Below are positions 1 to 15,838 of a stretch of DNA of 64,000 nucleotides, in pieces. Under the pieces are notes generated by a model, which had not been told where the DNA came from, did no database searches, and saw only the letters and a program-made list of their open reading frames with translations. The translations under genes and the position numbers were made by a program. Source of the DNA: the human T2T-CHM13v2.0 reference genome, Homo sapiens; assembly GCF_009914755.1 (NCBI RefSeq), contig NC_060941.1; one strand, given 5' to 3'. Positions within the stretch are counted from its first letter, which is position 1; every line of letters starts with the position of its first letter.

Positions 1-89
1 AATATGTCATCCAATAACTTGGCATGTGATAAGAGCTAGGAAGAAAAAACATGTGGGAGGGCAGTCGGAGAGGCAGCCTCTGAGCAGAG

Positions 90-290
90 TCTGAGTGACA
101 GACTGGGGTTTGAATCCTGGCGTCCTGCCTTTTAAGTCGTCTTGGACAAGTTTCTTAACTTCTCTCACCCTCAGTTTGCTCCTCTAAAAACAGACTGATG
201 ATTCCCACCTCAAGGAACTTTCGTGGGGATTGAGATGATGTGTGTAAATGTTCATTCGTTCGTAGCATTGTAAGCACTCAAAGAATATTC
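90..290 (+). mobile_element. MIR
   Basis: GGGTTTGAATCCTGGC...CTTGGACAAGTTTCTTAACTTCTCT...CCTCAGTTT core. Confidence 0.7.
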
Positions 291-517
291 GTCTCTCCTC
301 CTTTGGCTGTTGAGGCTGAAGGTAGGTTTGTAGGACTTGAGTTCATACCATGTCCGTTTGGGAAGGTTTCCCCAGTTCTTTGAGATGGTGGAATAATGAT
401 TCCTAGGTTTACAAGACACAGCCTGACCTCAGTTTTTCTCAGCAGAACCTATGCTCTGGAAAAAAAAAAGGCATGCCAGTATTATGATAAGCAACTTTGA
501 AGAGTATTAGAATTCTC

Positions 518-988
<471 letters not shown>

Positions 989-2076
989 TTAAAAAAAAAT
1001 TGTGTGGGCCACACAAAAGACATCTGCCAGCCTCTGCCAGTGTGCAGCCTCTGTTTTGGGTTCGGTACAGTCACGGAGAACAGGAGCAGGAGAGGTTCCA
1101 ACAGTATCGGGCTAAGTCAGGCCAGGGTATCTCAGGGCCTACAGACAGAGAAATCCTTATGCTTTGTCAAAATTGGTGCTCAGTGGTGAGCTAAATCCCA
1201 ATTTGGGCTGAAACTGAGGCTCGTTGAAAGCATTGATTATCAACCTTTTTCCTCTGCCTGCAAAGCAGCTTCCTTGCATTGCATGGTGGAATCACGAGAG
1301 ACTCTTGCGGGGGACGGGGAGGGAAGACTAGCAAGGTATGGATCAAAAACACCACCCCTCTCTGCCTTTTTGGAGATTCTGATGTGCCAGTCTCCCTCAG
1401 TCCCTGGAAAAATGCTCTGAAATGCATTTTTAGTCTGAAGTTGATCCAGACTTAAACTGTGCCTTGCTACTGTCCTAGCCACGTCCGAATTCAGCTTTGT
1501 TGTGGGAGAAATGGGAGTATAGAGAACGTGCTGAGAGGTCAAGAGCAGAGTGAAGTCTGTGGAGACTGGATTACCAGCCTAGCGACACCACGGTCCCTAG
1601 TTTCAAGGGACCCTTGTGTACTGGGCCCCTCAACTCCACACCGACCCATGGTTCTTGGCAGAGGAGGGTTGGGGGTGACTGAGGAGAGCCAGGCCTAGGC
1701 AATACAAGCTTCTCTGAGCTTCTTAGAATGCAGACATTTAAACAGAAAACACAGAGCCTTCCTGGAGAGCCTTCCTGAAGAATCACTGTGTCAAGACCTG
1801 ACCATGGGCAAACCCAGGAAAGTTTGCAGCCAGATCCCCATTCCTGTTACCCAACGGGAGGGGCAAGACTCCTAGGACTGGCTAGAAAATTGCTTTGTTG
1901 AGTGTTTGCTGTGGTTGTTCCTAAACCTGTCTGTCCAGAAGCTGGACATGCAGTAGGCCCCTGCGAGTAGAAACTTTCCTTGTGTGGAAGTTTTCGCTGG
2001 CAAACCAGTCTGGCGGCAGCAGGGGGGTGGGTGGGGTTCTCTGTGTGCTGTTCCCAGGCCCGAGGATCAGAACCTA

Positions 2077-2894
<818 letters not shown>

Positions 2895-2969
2895 TAATAT
2901 AAAGACTTACTGTTGAATTAAAGTATAGGCTGGTATCTCCTGTCGCCCCCTCCCCTGGAGGGGAAGGTG

Positions 2970-3110
2970 CTTTTGTTTTTTCTTTTTTTTTTTTTCCAGA
3001 TGAGGTCTTGCTATGTTGCCAAGATTGGTCTCAAACTCGTGGGCTCCAGGTATGCTCCTGCCTTGGCATCCCAAGTAACTGGGATTACAGGTGCATACCA
3101 CCGCCCGAGG
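2970..3110 (-). mobile_element. Alu monomer (FLAM-like)
   Basis: Single reverse arm with poly-T. Confidence 0.75.
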
Positions 3111-4084
3111 TCCATAGTGTTTTATTTACCCTATTCCGATTGGGCACTGAGTTTGCATTTTAACCTTTGGCTGGTAGAGCAGGTTTCAGAGGCTCACAGA
3201 GAGGCTTCTGGCCAGGCAGAGCAGGTTCTCAGGCCAATCATATCTCCCAGGACCTCAGCCTCCCCACCCCCCAGGGATTGGGGCAGACACCAGCCTGCCT
3301 CCTCAGTCACCAGATTCCCTGCCCTGCTGTGTGCAAGTGGGTCAACATGAGGGTTGCTTCAGACTGAGGATGAGCTGTAATTCGAGAAGGGTGGAATCTG
3401 TGGAGCCGGGAATAACATCAGGCTTTATTAACCAGCTCCCTGTTGCTAGGCAGCTTTCATTAGCCAGGAAGGTCTGCCCTGCAGTGAGCTCCTTCAGGGA
3501 ATGGCAAGGAGATGCTAATAAGCTGGGAGAGAAGCCGGTGCTAGGGAAGGCTTGCCTCTCCCCTGGGATATTGCAGCCAGCGATATTTCAGCACATTCTG
3601 AGATTTGGACTCCAGGCAGTCTTCAGCCTGTCTCTTTTCAGTAAAAGGGATTCCTGGAGGCTGAGGTGGGAGGATCCCTTGCAGGAGTTCGAGACCAGCC
3701 TGAGCAAAAAAGACCCCATCGCCACAAAAAGGAGGAGCGGGTTCCTCCTCCTTCCCACCCACAGGGAATGAATAGCTCATTCTCTTGCTATCTAACTCGT
3801 GCCTTCCATCTAGAAATGATCTAAGAGGAAGGAGGGAGCTCTGAAGGAGCTGACTCCCCTCACTCTATCTTGGGGCATTGCGGAGGGCATATGGGGATGT
3901 TCATAGCTGGGACTTTGGGGTCACACAGACCTGGGTTCACATCCTGGCTGTGCCACGAAGTGTGTAGCCGTGCTTACTCATCTCTGAGCCTACCCCAGAA
4001 GGCAGATGTAAGGAACAGAAGAGCAATGCAGGCAACACACACAGCATGGATCTGAGTATGCAGAAGGTGCTCAATCGCATTCTA

Positions 4085-4400
4085 CTTTGGTTTTTATTTT
4101 GTTTTGTTTCGTTTTGTTTGAGATGGAGTCTCACTCTGTCTCCCAGCTGGAGTGCAGTGGTGTGATCATAGCTCACTCAGCCTCGACCTTCTGGGTTCAG
4201 GCGATCCTCTCACTTCAGCCTCCTGAGTAGCTGGGTCTACAGGTCTACGCGCCACCACACTCGGCTACTTTTTTGTATTTTTGTAGAGACGGGGTTTCGC
4301 CATGTTGCCCAGGCTGGTCTCAAACTCCTGACCTCAAGTGATCTACCCGCCTCGGCCTCCCAAAGTGCTGGGATTACAGGCATGAGCCACCACCCCACCC
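4085..4400 (-). mobile_element. Alu
   Basis: Reverse Alu consensus. Confidence 0.9.
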
Positions 4401-4431
4401 CACATCTGCTTTATTTTTGAAAGGGAGCATA

Positions 4432-4723
4432 GGCCGGGCACAGTGGCTCACGCCTGCAATCCCAGCACTTTGGGAGGCTCAGCTGGGTGGATCACCTGAG
4501 GTCAGGAGTTCGAGACCAGCCTGGCCAAAATGGCGAAGCTCCATCTGTACTAAAAATACAAAAATTAGCTGGGCATCGTGGTGCACGCCTGTAATCCCAG
4601 CTCTTTCGGAGGCTAAGGCAGGAGAATCACTTGAACCTGAGAGATGGAGGTTTCAGTGAGCGAGATTGTGCCGCTGCACTCCAGCCTGGGCGACAGAGCG
4701 AGACTTGGTCTAAAAAAAAAAAA
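4432..4723 (+). mobile_element. AluS-like
   Basis: Alu consensus with poly-A. Confidence 0.9.
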
Positions 4724-4839
4724 GTGACCTTACAACCTTTCCTATAAAGCCTCCTCGAGCCTTCCCCAGGATTCCATCTGGGAATCTGTGTTTCTGGAAG
4801 TTTGGAGCATCTGGAGAATCAGAAATTTGAACATCAGGA

Positions 4840-5612
<773 letters not shown>

Positions 5613-5666
5613 TAAAAAAGAGAAGAGAAGTTTGCTGGAGGAGCGTCTTTGAAAAGGTGCAAGGGA

Positions 5667-5975
5667 GGTGGGGTGCGGTGGCTCACACCTGTAATCGCAG
5701 CACTTTGAGAGGCCAAGGCAGGTGGATCACCTGAGGTCAGGAGTTCTAGACCAGCCTGGCCAATATAGTGAAACCCTGTCTCTACAAAAAATACAAAAAT
5801 GTGCCGGGTGTGGTGGCGCACGTCTATAATTCCAACTACTGGGGAGGCTGAGGCAGGAGAATCGCTTGAACCCAGGTGGTGGAGGTTGCAGTGAGCCGAG
5901 ACCGTACCACTGCACCACTGTACTCCAGCCTGGGCGACAGAGTGAGACTCTGTCTCAAAAAAAACAAAAAAACAA
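5667..5975 (+). mobile_element. AluS-like
   Basis: Alu consensus. Confidence 0.9.
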
Positions 5976-6254
5976 GACATAAGAAATGGTGCAGGGGCAG
6001 CACTCCAGCCTCCAGCGTGCCGGTGGAAGGTGACCTCAGAGACAAGTCCAACTAGACCATCCCTAGGAACGAGAGGAAGGCAGGGACTGGGCATGAGGTG
6101 CAGGGAGGGAAGGCACCTGCATTCATCAGTCCCCTTCGGTGTGGTAGGCAGGGGCCGAGAAGCCTTTCACACCTTGGGATATGCTGTTACTTTTCATCAC
6201 CCAGCATCCATTGAGGTAGACCCTGATTTTCTCCCTAATTACATCAGAAGCTCA

Positions 6255-6683
<429 letters not shown>

Positions 6684-6986
6684 CTACCCAGGAGTAGAGA
6701 CTAGAGGGGCGGCGGCATTGAGGAGTTGGCCCTCATGCAGACGAAGCTCTGGTCATTGAACTGTGGGCTTATGGTGTCCAGAGACACTCTAGGAGACTGT
6801 GGCTTCCTTACCCAGCCAGCTGAGTGTGCCCACATCAGTGTCCACTGCATGAGAGGCTGGCCCTGGCCTGGTTCCCTGGGTAGCCGCCATGAGCACTGTG
6901 CATGCGGACCCTGTCTTGCATCTCCAGCAGGACAAGGACAATGGGATGTGTAGCATGGATTTCATTTCCCCCTCCTTGGTTCTAGG

Positions 6987-7150
6987 TTCTGGGTTCAGGC
7001 GATCTCTCACTTCAGCCTCCTGAGTAGCTGGGTCTGCAGGTCTACGCACCACCACGCTCGGCTACTTTTTTGTATTTTTGTAGAGACGGGGTTTCGCCAT
7101 GTTGCCCAGGCTGGTCTCAAACTCCTGACCTCAAGTGACCTACCCGCCTC
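6987..7150 (-). repeat. Internal Alu fragment, near-identical copy of 4189-4353
   Basis: Manual alignment gives 5 differences in ~165 bp; no Alu termini. Confidence 0.9.
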
Positions 7151-7998
7151 AGGACAGTTCTTTATCCTCCCAATCAGAGTCCAGTTGCGAATGTTGCTTT
7201 CTTGTTTTGGGGGTTGAGCAGGGCTGAATGCCTTCCAAAGTTGAAGCAAACAACCAGTATCACCAGTGCAGGCTGAGAGAAAATGCACCCTAGTTACCGC
7301 AGAAACGCTCATCTGAGTAAAGGCAGCCACTACAAATCCCTGGGTGGAAATAGCCAGGGAGAGAAGCGGGGAAGAGAGGGGCAGGTCACACTTGGCGATG
7401 GCCCTTCGCTCCTCTCACCTTGTCTGTGGCAGATGAAACACTGGCTCCTTCCACCGGCAGTTGGAGTAAAGATACTTGATGCTTCTTCTCCTTCAGTTGT
7501 TACTTGAAAGAGGCGGGTCCTCCCACCCATTCCTTTATCTCCAGGAAGGCTGCTCCTCTCCGGCATTGTTGGTTCCACCATCCAGGGACCTGAACCACTG
7601 GCCCCCAGGCAGGCATTGGGCTTTTGAATTCTGCTCTAATTAGCGTCTCCCAAAGCCCCAGGTCCAGAATGGACTACCTGAGGCTGGCTGCCCTGCTTGC
7701 ACTTCCTCGCTTGGGTTCTGTGTGGCAGTGGTGGCTGAACTCCCCTGTCGTGCAGATGGCAGCTGGTAGCAAAAGGTGAAACCGGGCCGGAGGTGGGGAG
7801 CAAGCCACACCTGCCAACTTGCTGTCCTCCCATTCCCAACTCCGGGCCCAGCATCTCAGGCCCAGTTTCATGTTGAGTTGTGCTAACTCTGTCCCTGTAC
7901 CTCAAGCAAACTAGGCTAGTCCTCTGAAGGCCACTGAGTGGTTCCCACTGTTACCAGGCTGGGCTTGTCCAGGCTGCTGAGTGCAGCTTTCAACGTAG

Positions 7999-8405
<407 letters not shown>

Positions 8406-8548
8406 CACTGCTGCATATTCTAGCAGCCGAGCTATAGTTCATTTCTGTGAGCTCCTGAGACACCTTAGCTTGTCTCAGCCCTCTGGATCGTTTCTCTAAT
8501 CCCTGCCCCGCTCAGGTCACCTGCTGCTGCCCTAAGCAGAGCCCACAT

Positions 8549-8562
8549 GCGCCCCCTAGTGG
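8549..8562 (-). promoter_or_regulatory. CTCF core motif
   Basis: GCGCCCCCTAGTGG = CCACTAGGGGGCGC on -, exact fit to the CTCF core consensus; occupancy not shown by sequence. Confidence 0.7.
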
Positions 8563-8784
8563 TGGGAAACCAAACGATTCCACAGATCCTGTTTGTTGAG
8601 GGAGGAGGTGAAACGAGATGCCCACGGGCGACCCAGCCTTCCTGGGTTTTGTGAATTCTGATTCACACCTAGATTGGAGAGACTCTCTGGCATCATCTCA
8701 TGATGGGAACCCTAGTGCTGGTCACCCACTCAATTATTATAATTAATTTTGCATTCATAATATATTTAACTGGTTCAAAAATCA

Positions 8785-9105
<321 letters not shown>

Positions 9106-9229
9106 GCGTGCAGTGAAAAGTCTCACTCCTTTCTCTGCTCTTATTCACCCACTTCCTGTCTATGTACGAGTCCCACACAGGTAACCACTTTTGTTTCTCA
9201 TGCATCCTTCTAGAGGTTTTCTTATGTTG

Positions 9230-9676
9230 GTTTTTTGTTTGTTTGGTTGTTTTTTGAGACAGGGTTTCATTCTGTCACCCAGGCTGGAGTGCAATGGTGC
9301 AATCTCAGCTCACTGCAACCTCCTGGGCTGGGCTCAAGCAATCCTCCCACCTCCACCTCCTGAGTAGCTAGAATACAGGCTCATGTCACCACACCCAGCT
9401 AGTTTTTAAATTTTTTGTAGAGATGGGGTCTCCCTGTGTTGCCTAGGCTGGTCTCAAACTTCTGGGCTCAAGTGATCTTCCCACCTTGGCCTCCCAAACT
9501 GTTGGGACTATAGATGTGAGCCACTGCACCTGACCTAGAGTTTTTTTGTTTGTTTTTTAGTAGAGACGGGGTTTCACTATGTTACCCAGGATAGTCTCAA
9601 TCTCCTGACCTCGTGACCCACCCGCCTCGGCCTCCCAAAGTGCTGGGATTACAGGCGTGAGCCACCGCGCCCAGCC
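9230..9676 (-). mobile_element. AluJ-like plus additional left monomer
   Basis: Reverse Alu 9230-9536, extra arm ~9541-9676. Confidence 0.85.
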
Positions 9677-10140
9677 AAGTTTTTTATACTAATAAAAAAG
9701 ATTGTATTCTTTGTTCACACCTCCCTTTTTGTAATTAAAAGGTGTCATGCAATTATACCATTCTGCATCTTGCTGTTGGCGAGCTTTCCATTATTCATTC
9801 CTAGAGAGCATCCTCATTCTTTTTCAGAGTTGCATGATATTCTGCTAGAGATGTACCATATTTACTTCACCTGTCCCCTATTGATGGGCATGTGGATGAC
9901 TTCCAGTCTTTTGCTGTTATAACTAAATAATCACGCAGTTATATCTGTAGGACGGATTCTCAGAAGAGGGGTTACTGGATCAGAGGTTATTTGCAGCATT
10001 AGTGGAGAGGGCCATATTGCGTCTATACGGGTTGCAGCATCTTGCCTACCTACCAGCAATATATGAATGGATTCAGCAGCTCCCCACGTCCCTTCCATCT
10101 GTGTCTTCCTGGCGTCTCCTCTACTCTAAATTGGGTCTCT

Positions 10141-13100
10141 TGGAATGGTGAAATCAGTGTGTAAGGGTTGGGGGCAGGGACCCTATATCTTAGAATGGTG
10201 GAATCGGGGTGTAAGGGTTGGGGAAGGGACCCCATATCTTAGAATGGTGGAATCGGGGTGTAAGCGTTGGGGAAGGGGCCCCATATCTTAGAATGGTGGA
10301 ATCGGGGTGTAAGGGTTGGGAAAGGGACCCCATATCTTAGAATGGTGGAATCGGGGTGTAAGGGTTGGGGAAGGGACCCCATATCTTAGAATGGTGGAAT
10401 CGGGGTGTAAGGGTTGGGGCAGGGACCCCATATCTTAGAATGGTGGAATCGGGGTGTAAGGGTTGGGAAAGGGACCCCATATCTTAGAATGGTGGAATCG
10501 GGGTGTAAGGGTTGGGGGAAGGGACCCCATATCTTAGAATGGTGGAATCGGGGTGTAAGGGTTGGGGCAGGGGCCCCATATCTTAGAATGGTGGAATCGG
10601 GGTGTAAGGGTTGGGGGAAGGGACCCCATATCTTAGAATGGTGGAATCGGGGTGTAAGGGTTGGGGGAAGGGACCCCATATCTTAGAATGGTGGAATCGG
10701 GGTGTAAGGGTTGGGGCAGGGGCCCCATATCTTAGAATGGTGGAATCGGGGTGTAAGCGTTGGGGGAAGGGACCCCATATCTTAGAATGGTGGAATCGGG
10801 GTGTAAGCGTTGGGGGAAGGGACCCCATATCTTAGAATGGTGGAATCGGGGTGTAAGGGTTGGGGAAGGGACCCCATATCTTAGAATGGTGGAATCGGGG
10901 TGTAAGGGTTGGGGGAAGGGACCCCATATCTTAGAATGGTGGAATCGGGGTGTAAGGGTTGGGGAAGGGACCCCATATCTTAGAATGGTGGAATCGGGGT
11001 GTAAGGGTTGGGGGAAGGGACCCCATATCTTAGAATGGTGGAATCGGGGTGTAAGGGTTGGGGGAAGGGACCCCATATCTTAGAATGGTGGAATCGGGGT
11101 GTAAGGGTTGGGGCAGGGGCCCCATATCTTAGAATGGTGGAATCGGGGTGTAAGGGTTGGGGGAAGGGACCCCATATCTTAGAATGGTGGAATCGGGGTG
11201 TAAGGGTTGGGGGCAGGGGCCCCATATCTTAGAATGGTGGAATCGGGGTGTAAGGGTTGGGGGCAGGGGCCCCATATCTTAGAATGGTGGAATCGGGGTG
11301 TAAGGGTTGGGGGCAGGGGCCCCATATCTTAGAATGGTGGAATCGGGGTGTAAGGGTTGGGGGAAGGGGCCCCATATCTTAGAATGGTGGAATCGGGGTG
11401 TAAGAGTTGGGGGCAGGGACCCCATATCTTAGAATGGTGGAATCGGGGTGTAAGGGTTGGGGCAGGGGCCCCATATCTTAGAATGGTGGAATCGGGGTGT
11501 AAGAGTTGGGGGAAGGGACCCCATATCTTAGAATGGTGGAATCGGGGTGTAAGGGTTGGGGAAGGGACCCCATATCTTAGAATGGTGGAATCGGGGTGTA
11601 AGGGTTGGGGCAGGGGCCCCATATCTTAGAATGGTGGAATCGGGGTGTAAGAGTTGGGGGAAGGGACCCCATATCTTAGAATGGTGGAATCGGGGTGTAA
11701 GGGTTGGGGAAGGGACCCCATATCTTAGAATGGTGGAATCGGGGTGTAAGGGTTGGGGGAAGGGACCCCATATCTTAGAATGGTGGAATCGGGGTGTAAG
11801 GGTTGGGGCAGGGGCCCCATATCTTAGAATGGTGGAATCGGGGTGTAAGGGTTGGGGGAAGGGACCCCATATCTTAGAATGGTGGAATCGGGGTGTAAGG
11901 GTTGGGGGCAGGGGCCCCATATCTTAGAATGGTGGAATCGGGGTGTAAGGGTTGGGGGCAGGGGCCCCATATCTTAGAATGGTGGAATCGGGGTGTAAGG
12001 GTTGGGGGCAGGGGCCCCATATCTTAGAATGGTGGAATCGGGGTGTAAGGGTTGGGGGAAGGGGCCCCATATCTTAGAATGGTGGAATCGGGGTGTAAGA
12101 GTTGGGGGCAGGGACCCCATATCTTAGAATGGTGGAATCGGGGTGTAAGGGTTGGGGCAGGGGCCCCATATCTTAGAATGGTGGAATCGGGGTGTAAGAG
12201 TTGGGGGAAGGGACCCCATATCTTAGAATGGTGGAATCGGGGTGTAAGGGTTGGGGAAGGGACCCCATATCTTAGAATGGTGGAATCGGGGTGTAAGGGT
12301 TGGGGCAGGGGCCCCATATCTTAGAATGGTGGAATCGGGGTGTAAGAGTTGGGGGAAGGGACCCCATATCTTAGAATGGTGGAATCGGGGTGTAAGGGTT
12401 GGGGAAGGGACCCCATATCTTAGAATGGTGGAATCGGGGTGTAAGGGTTGGGGGAAGGGACCCCATATCTTAGAATGGTAGAATCGGGGTGTAAGAGTTG
12501 GGGGAAGGGACCCCATATCTTAGAATGGTGGAATCGGGGTGTAAGGGTTGGGGAAGGGACCCCATATCTTAGAATGGTGGAATCGGGGTGTAAGTGTTGG
12601 GGAAGGGACCCCATATCTTAGAATGGTGGAATCGGGGTGTAAGGGTTGGGGAAGGGACCCCATATCTTAGAATGGTGGAATCGGGGTGTAAGGGTTGGGG
12701 GAAGGGACCCCATATCTTAGAATGGTGGAATCGGGGTGTAAGGGTTGGGGGAAGGGACCCCATATCTTAGAATGGTGGAATCGGGGTGTAAGGGTTGGGG
12801 AAGGGACCCCATATCTTAGAATGGTGGAATCGGGGTGTAAGGGTTGGGGAAGGGACCCCATATCTTAGAATGGTGGAATCGGGGTGTAAGGGTTGGGGGA
12901 AGGGACCCCATATCTTAGAATGGTAGAATCGGGGTGTAAGGGTTGGGGGAAGGGACCCCATATCTTAGAATGGTGGAATCGGGGTGTAAGGGTTGGGGAA
13001 GGGACCCCATATCTTAGAATGGTGGAATCGGGGTGTAAGGGTTGGGGAAGGGACCCCATATCTTAGAATGGTGGAATCGGGGTGTAAGAGTTGGGGGAAG

Positions 13101-13692
13101 GGACCCCATATCTTAGAATGGTGGAATCGGGGTGTAAGGGTTGGGGGAAGGGACCCCATATCTTAGAATGGTGGAATCGGGGTGTAAGGGTTGGGGAAGG
13201 GACCCCATATCTTAGAATGGTGGAATCGGGGTGTAAGAGTTGGGGGAAGGGACCCCATATCTTAGAATGGTGGAATCGGGGTGTAAGGATTGGGGAAGGG
13301 ACCCCATATCTTAGAATGGTGGAATCGGGGTGTAAGGGTTGGGGGAAGGGACCCCATATCTTAGAATGGTGGAATCGGGGTGTAAGGATTGGGGAAGGGA
13401 CCCCATATCTTAGAATGGTGGAATCGGGGTGTAAGGGTTGGGGGAAGGGACCCCATATCTTAGAATGGTGGAATCGGGGTGTAAGGATTGGGGAAGGGAC
13501 CCCATATCTTAGAATGGTGGAATCGGGGTGTAAGGATTGGGGAAGGGATCCCATATCTTAGAATGGTGGAATCGGGGTGTAAGGGTTGGGGGAAGGGACC
13601 CCATATCTTAGAATGGTGGAATTGGGGTGTAAGGGTTAGGGAAGGGACCCCATATCTTAGAATGGTGGAATTGGGGTGTAAGGGTTGGGGTG
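10141..13692 (+). repeat. Minisatellite/VNTR, 49-50 bp unit CCCCATATCTTAGAATGGTGGAATCGGGGTGTAAGGGTTGGGG(G)AAGGGA, ~70-72 copies
   Basis: Directly visible tandem array in SGSM2 intron 2; copy number estimated from length/unit. Confidence 0.98.
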
Positions 13693-14029
13693 CCCATAGG
13701 ATTCCATCAGCATCTGTGGTCTCCAGCCGTGTGTAGCATTTGTTAGGCTGCAGAACTTGATGGCTTTGAGGTCACATCGGGGCTGGTGAAGGGAGCCCCA
13801 GGGCTAGTCTGGGTCTGTAGTTCCTGGCCTTTCCCTGGGAAGATGGCTCCAGACCTTTGTAGGGGTGTCCAACAGTGTGCTGGAGTTAAATGCAGTTATG
13901 CTCCTGCCCACTCAGAGTTGCAGTTCCTTGAGCCTTGCTGTCAGCAGGATGGGATGGGCTGACAGGGTAGAGAATGTACCTGGGCTCAGCTGGCCCAGAC
14001 TCCAAAGGCCACCAGAAAACCAGGGTGAC

Positions 14030-14458
<429 letters not shown>

Positions 14459-15089
14459 ACTAAAGTCATGTTTCTCTCTTCTCCATTTTGATTCATTTGC
14501 CCAAACCTTTCCATGCCAACCAGTGTTGGTTTTTATTAATTAGTCCACATTTTTTCTCATATGAAATAAGCCAAATAATGTCAGGGTCATCACCTTGTGG
14601 TGGTGCACCCAGGGTGGCCGTAGCTGGTGCTGGGACCCACTGGATCAGGGGTCCTGAAGCCTTCACAGGTGGGAGCCCAGGGCCCAGACAGCTCAGTCAG
14701 CAGGCAGGTAGGTTCAGCTAACCTGGTGCTTTAGCCCTGCAAGTATCTCCTGCCACCACCCTCCACCCTGGGAGGTGGGGTCACAGTGGGGACCTGGGGA
14801 AGGAAGGAGTAAGGGGAGTAAGGCCCTGGAGTTCTGCTTGGTGCTCTGGGCCTCCAGTCAGAACGGGGGATAAGCTTGGGCCGTCATGTGGACTCTCCCT
14901 GGGGAAGGGTCCTTCACCGTCCCGTGTCTGTGAGACACGTCCCCGGGGAAGGAGGACACTGTTGCTGCCGGCTTTGCAGGCAGTTCTGAGTGTGGTATTC
15001 ACTAGATGCGGGATGGCATGTGTTTATGTCTCCATGTATGTTTCGATTAGTGACAATGCCTGGGTTTCTGCTCGACTCAGAAGTCTCAG

Positions 15090-15381
15090 AGCCAGGCTCA
15101 GTGGCTCAAGCCTGTAATGCCGGCGCTTTGGAAGGCTGAGGTGGAAGGATCACTTGAGCCAGGCATTGGAGACCAGCCTAGGCAACATAGTGAGACCTCA
15201 GTCTCTACAAAAAATTTTTAAAAATTAGCCAAGCTTAGTGACCCAAGCCTGTAGTCCCAGCTGCTTGAGAGGCTGAGGTGGGAGGATGGCTTGAACCCAG
15301 GAGGCTGAGACTGCAGTGAGCTGTGGTTGCACCGTTGCACGCCAGACCAGGCAATAGAGTGAGACCCGGTCTCAAAAAAAA
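15090..15381 (+). mobile_element. AluJ-like
   Basis: Alu consensus. Confidence 0.88.
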
Positions 15382-15515
15382 CGGCTTCTTAATCTTTTTT
15401 GGGTCAGAAGCTGAGAACCACAGACCTACTATCCAGGAAAAAAAGCACTCTCCTAATCATTCTAGAGCACCTCAACAATTTGCATTCAAATTGCTCCCAA
15501 TATCAGGGAGGGGCT

Positions 15516-15838
<323 letters not shown>

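Noticed and set aside
10386-13736. Many repetitive ORFs on both strands in the VNTR; superficially CRISPR-like or telomere-like array
   Set aside because: Frames follow from the 49/50-bp period and break at every indel. There are no unique spacers, so it is not CRISPR, and TAAGGG/TTGGGG are not arranged as tandem telomeric hexamers.
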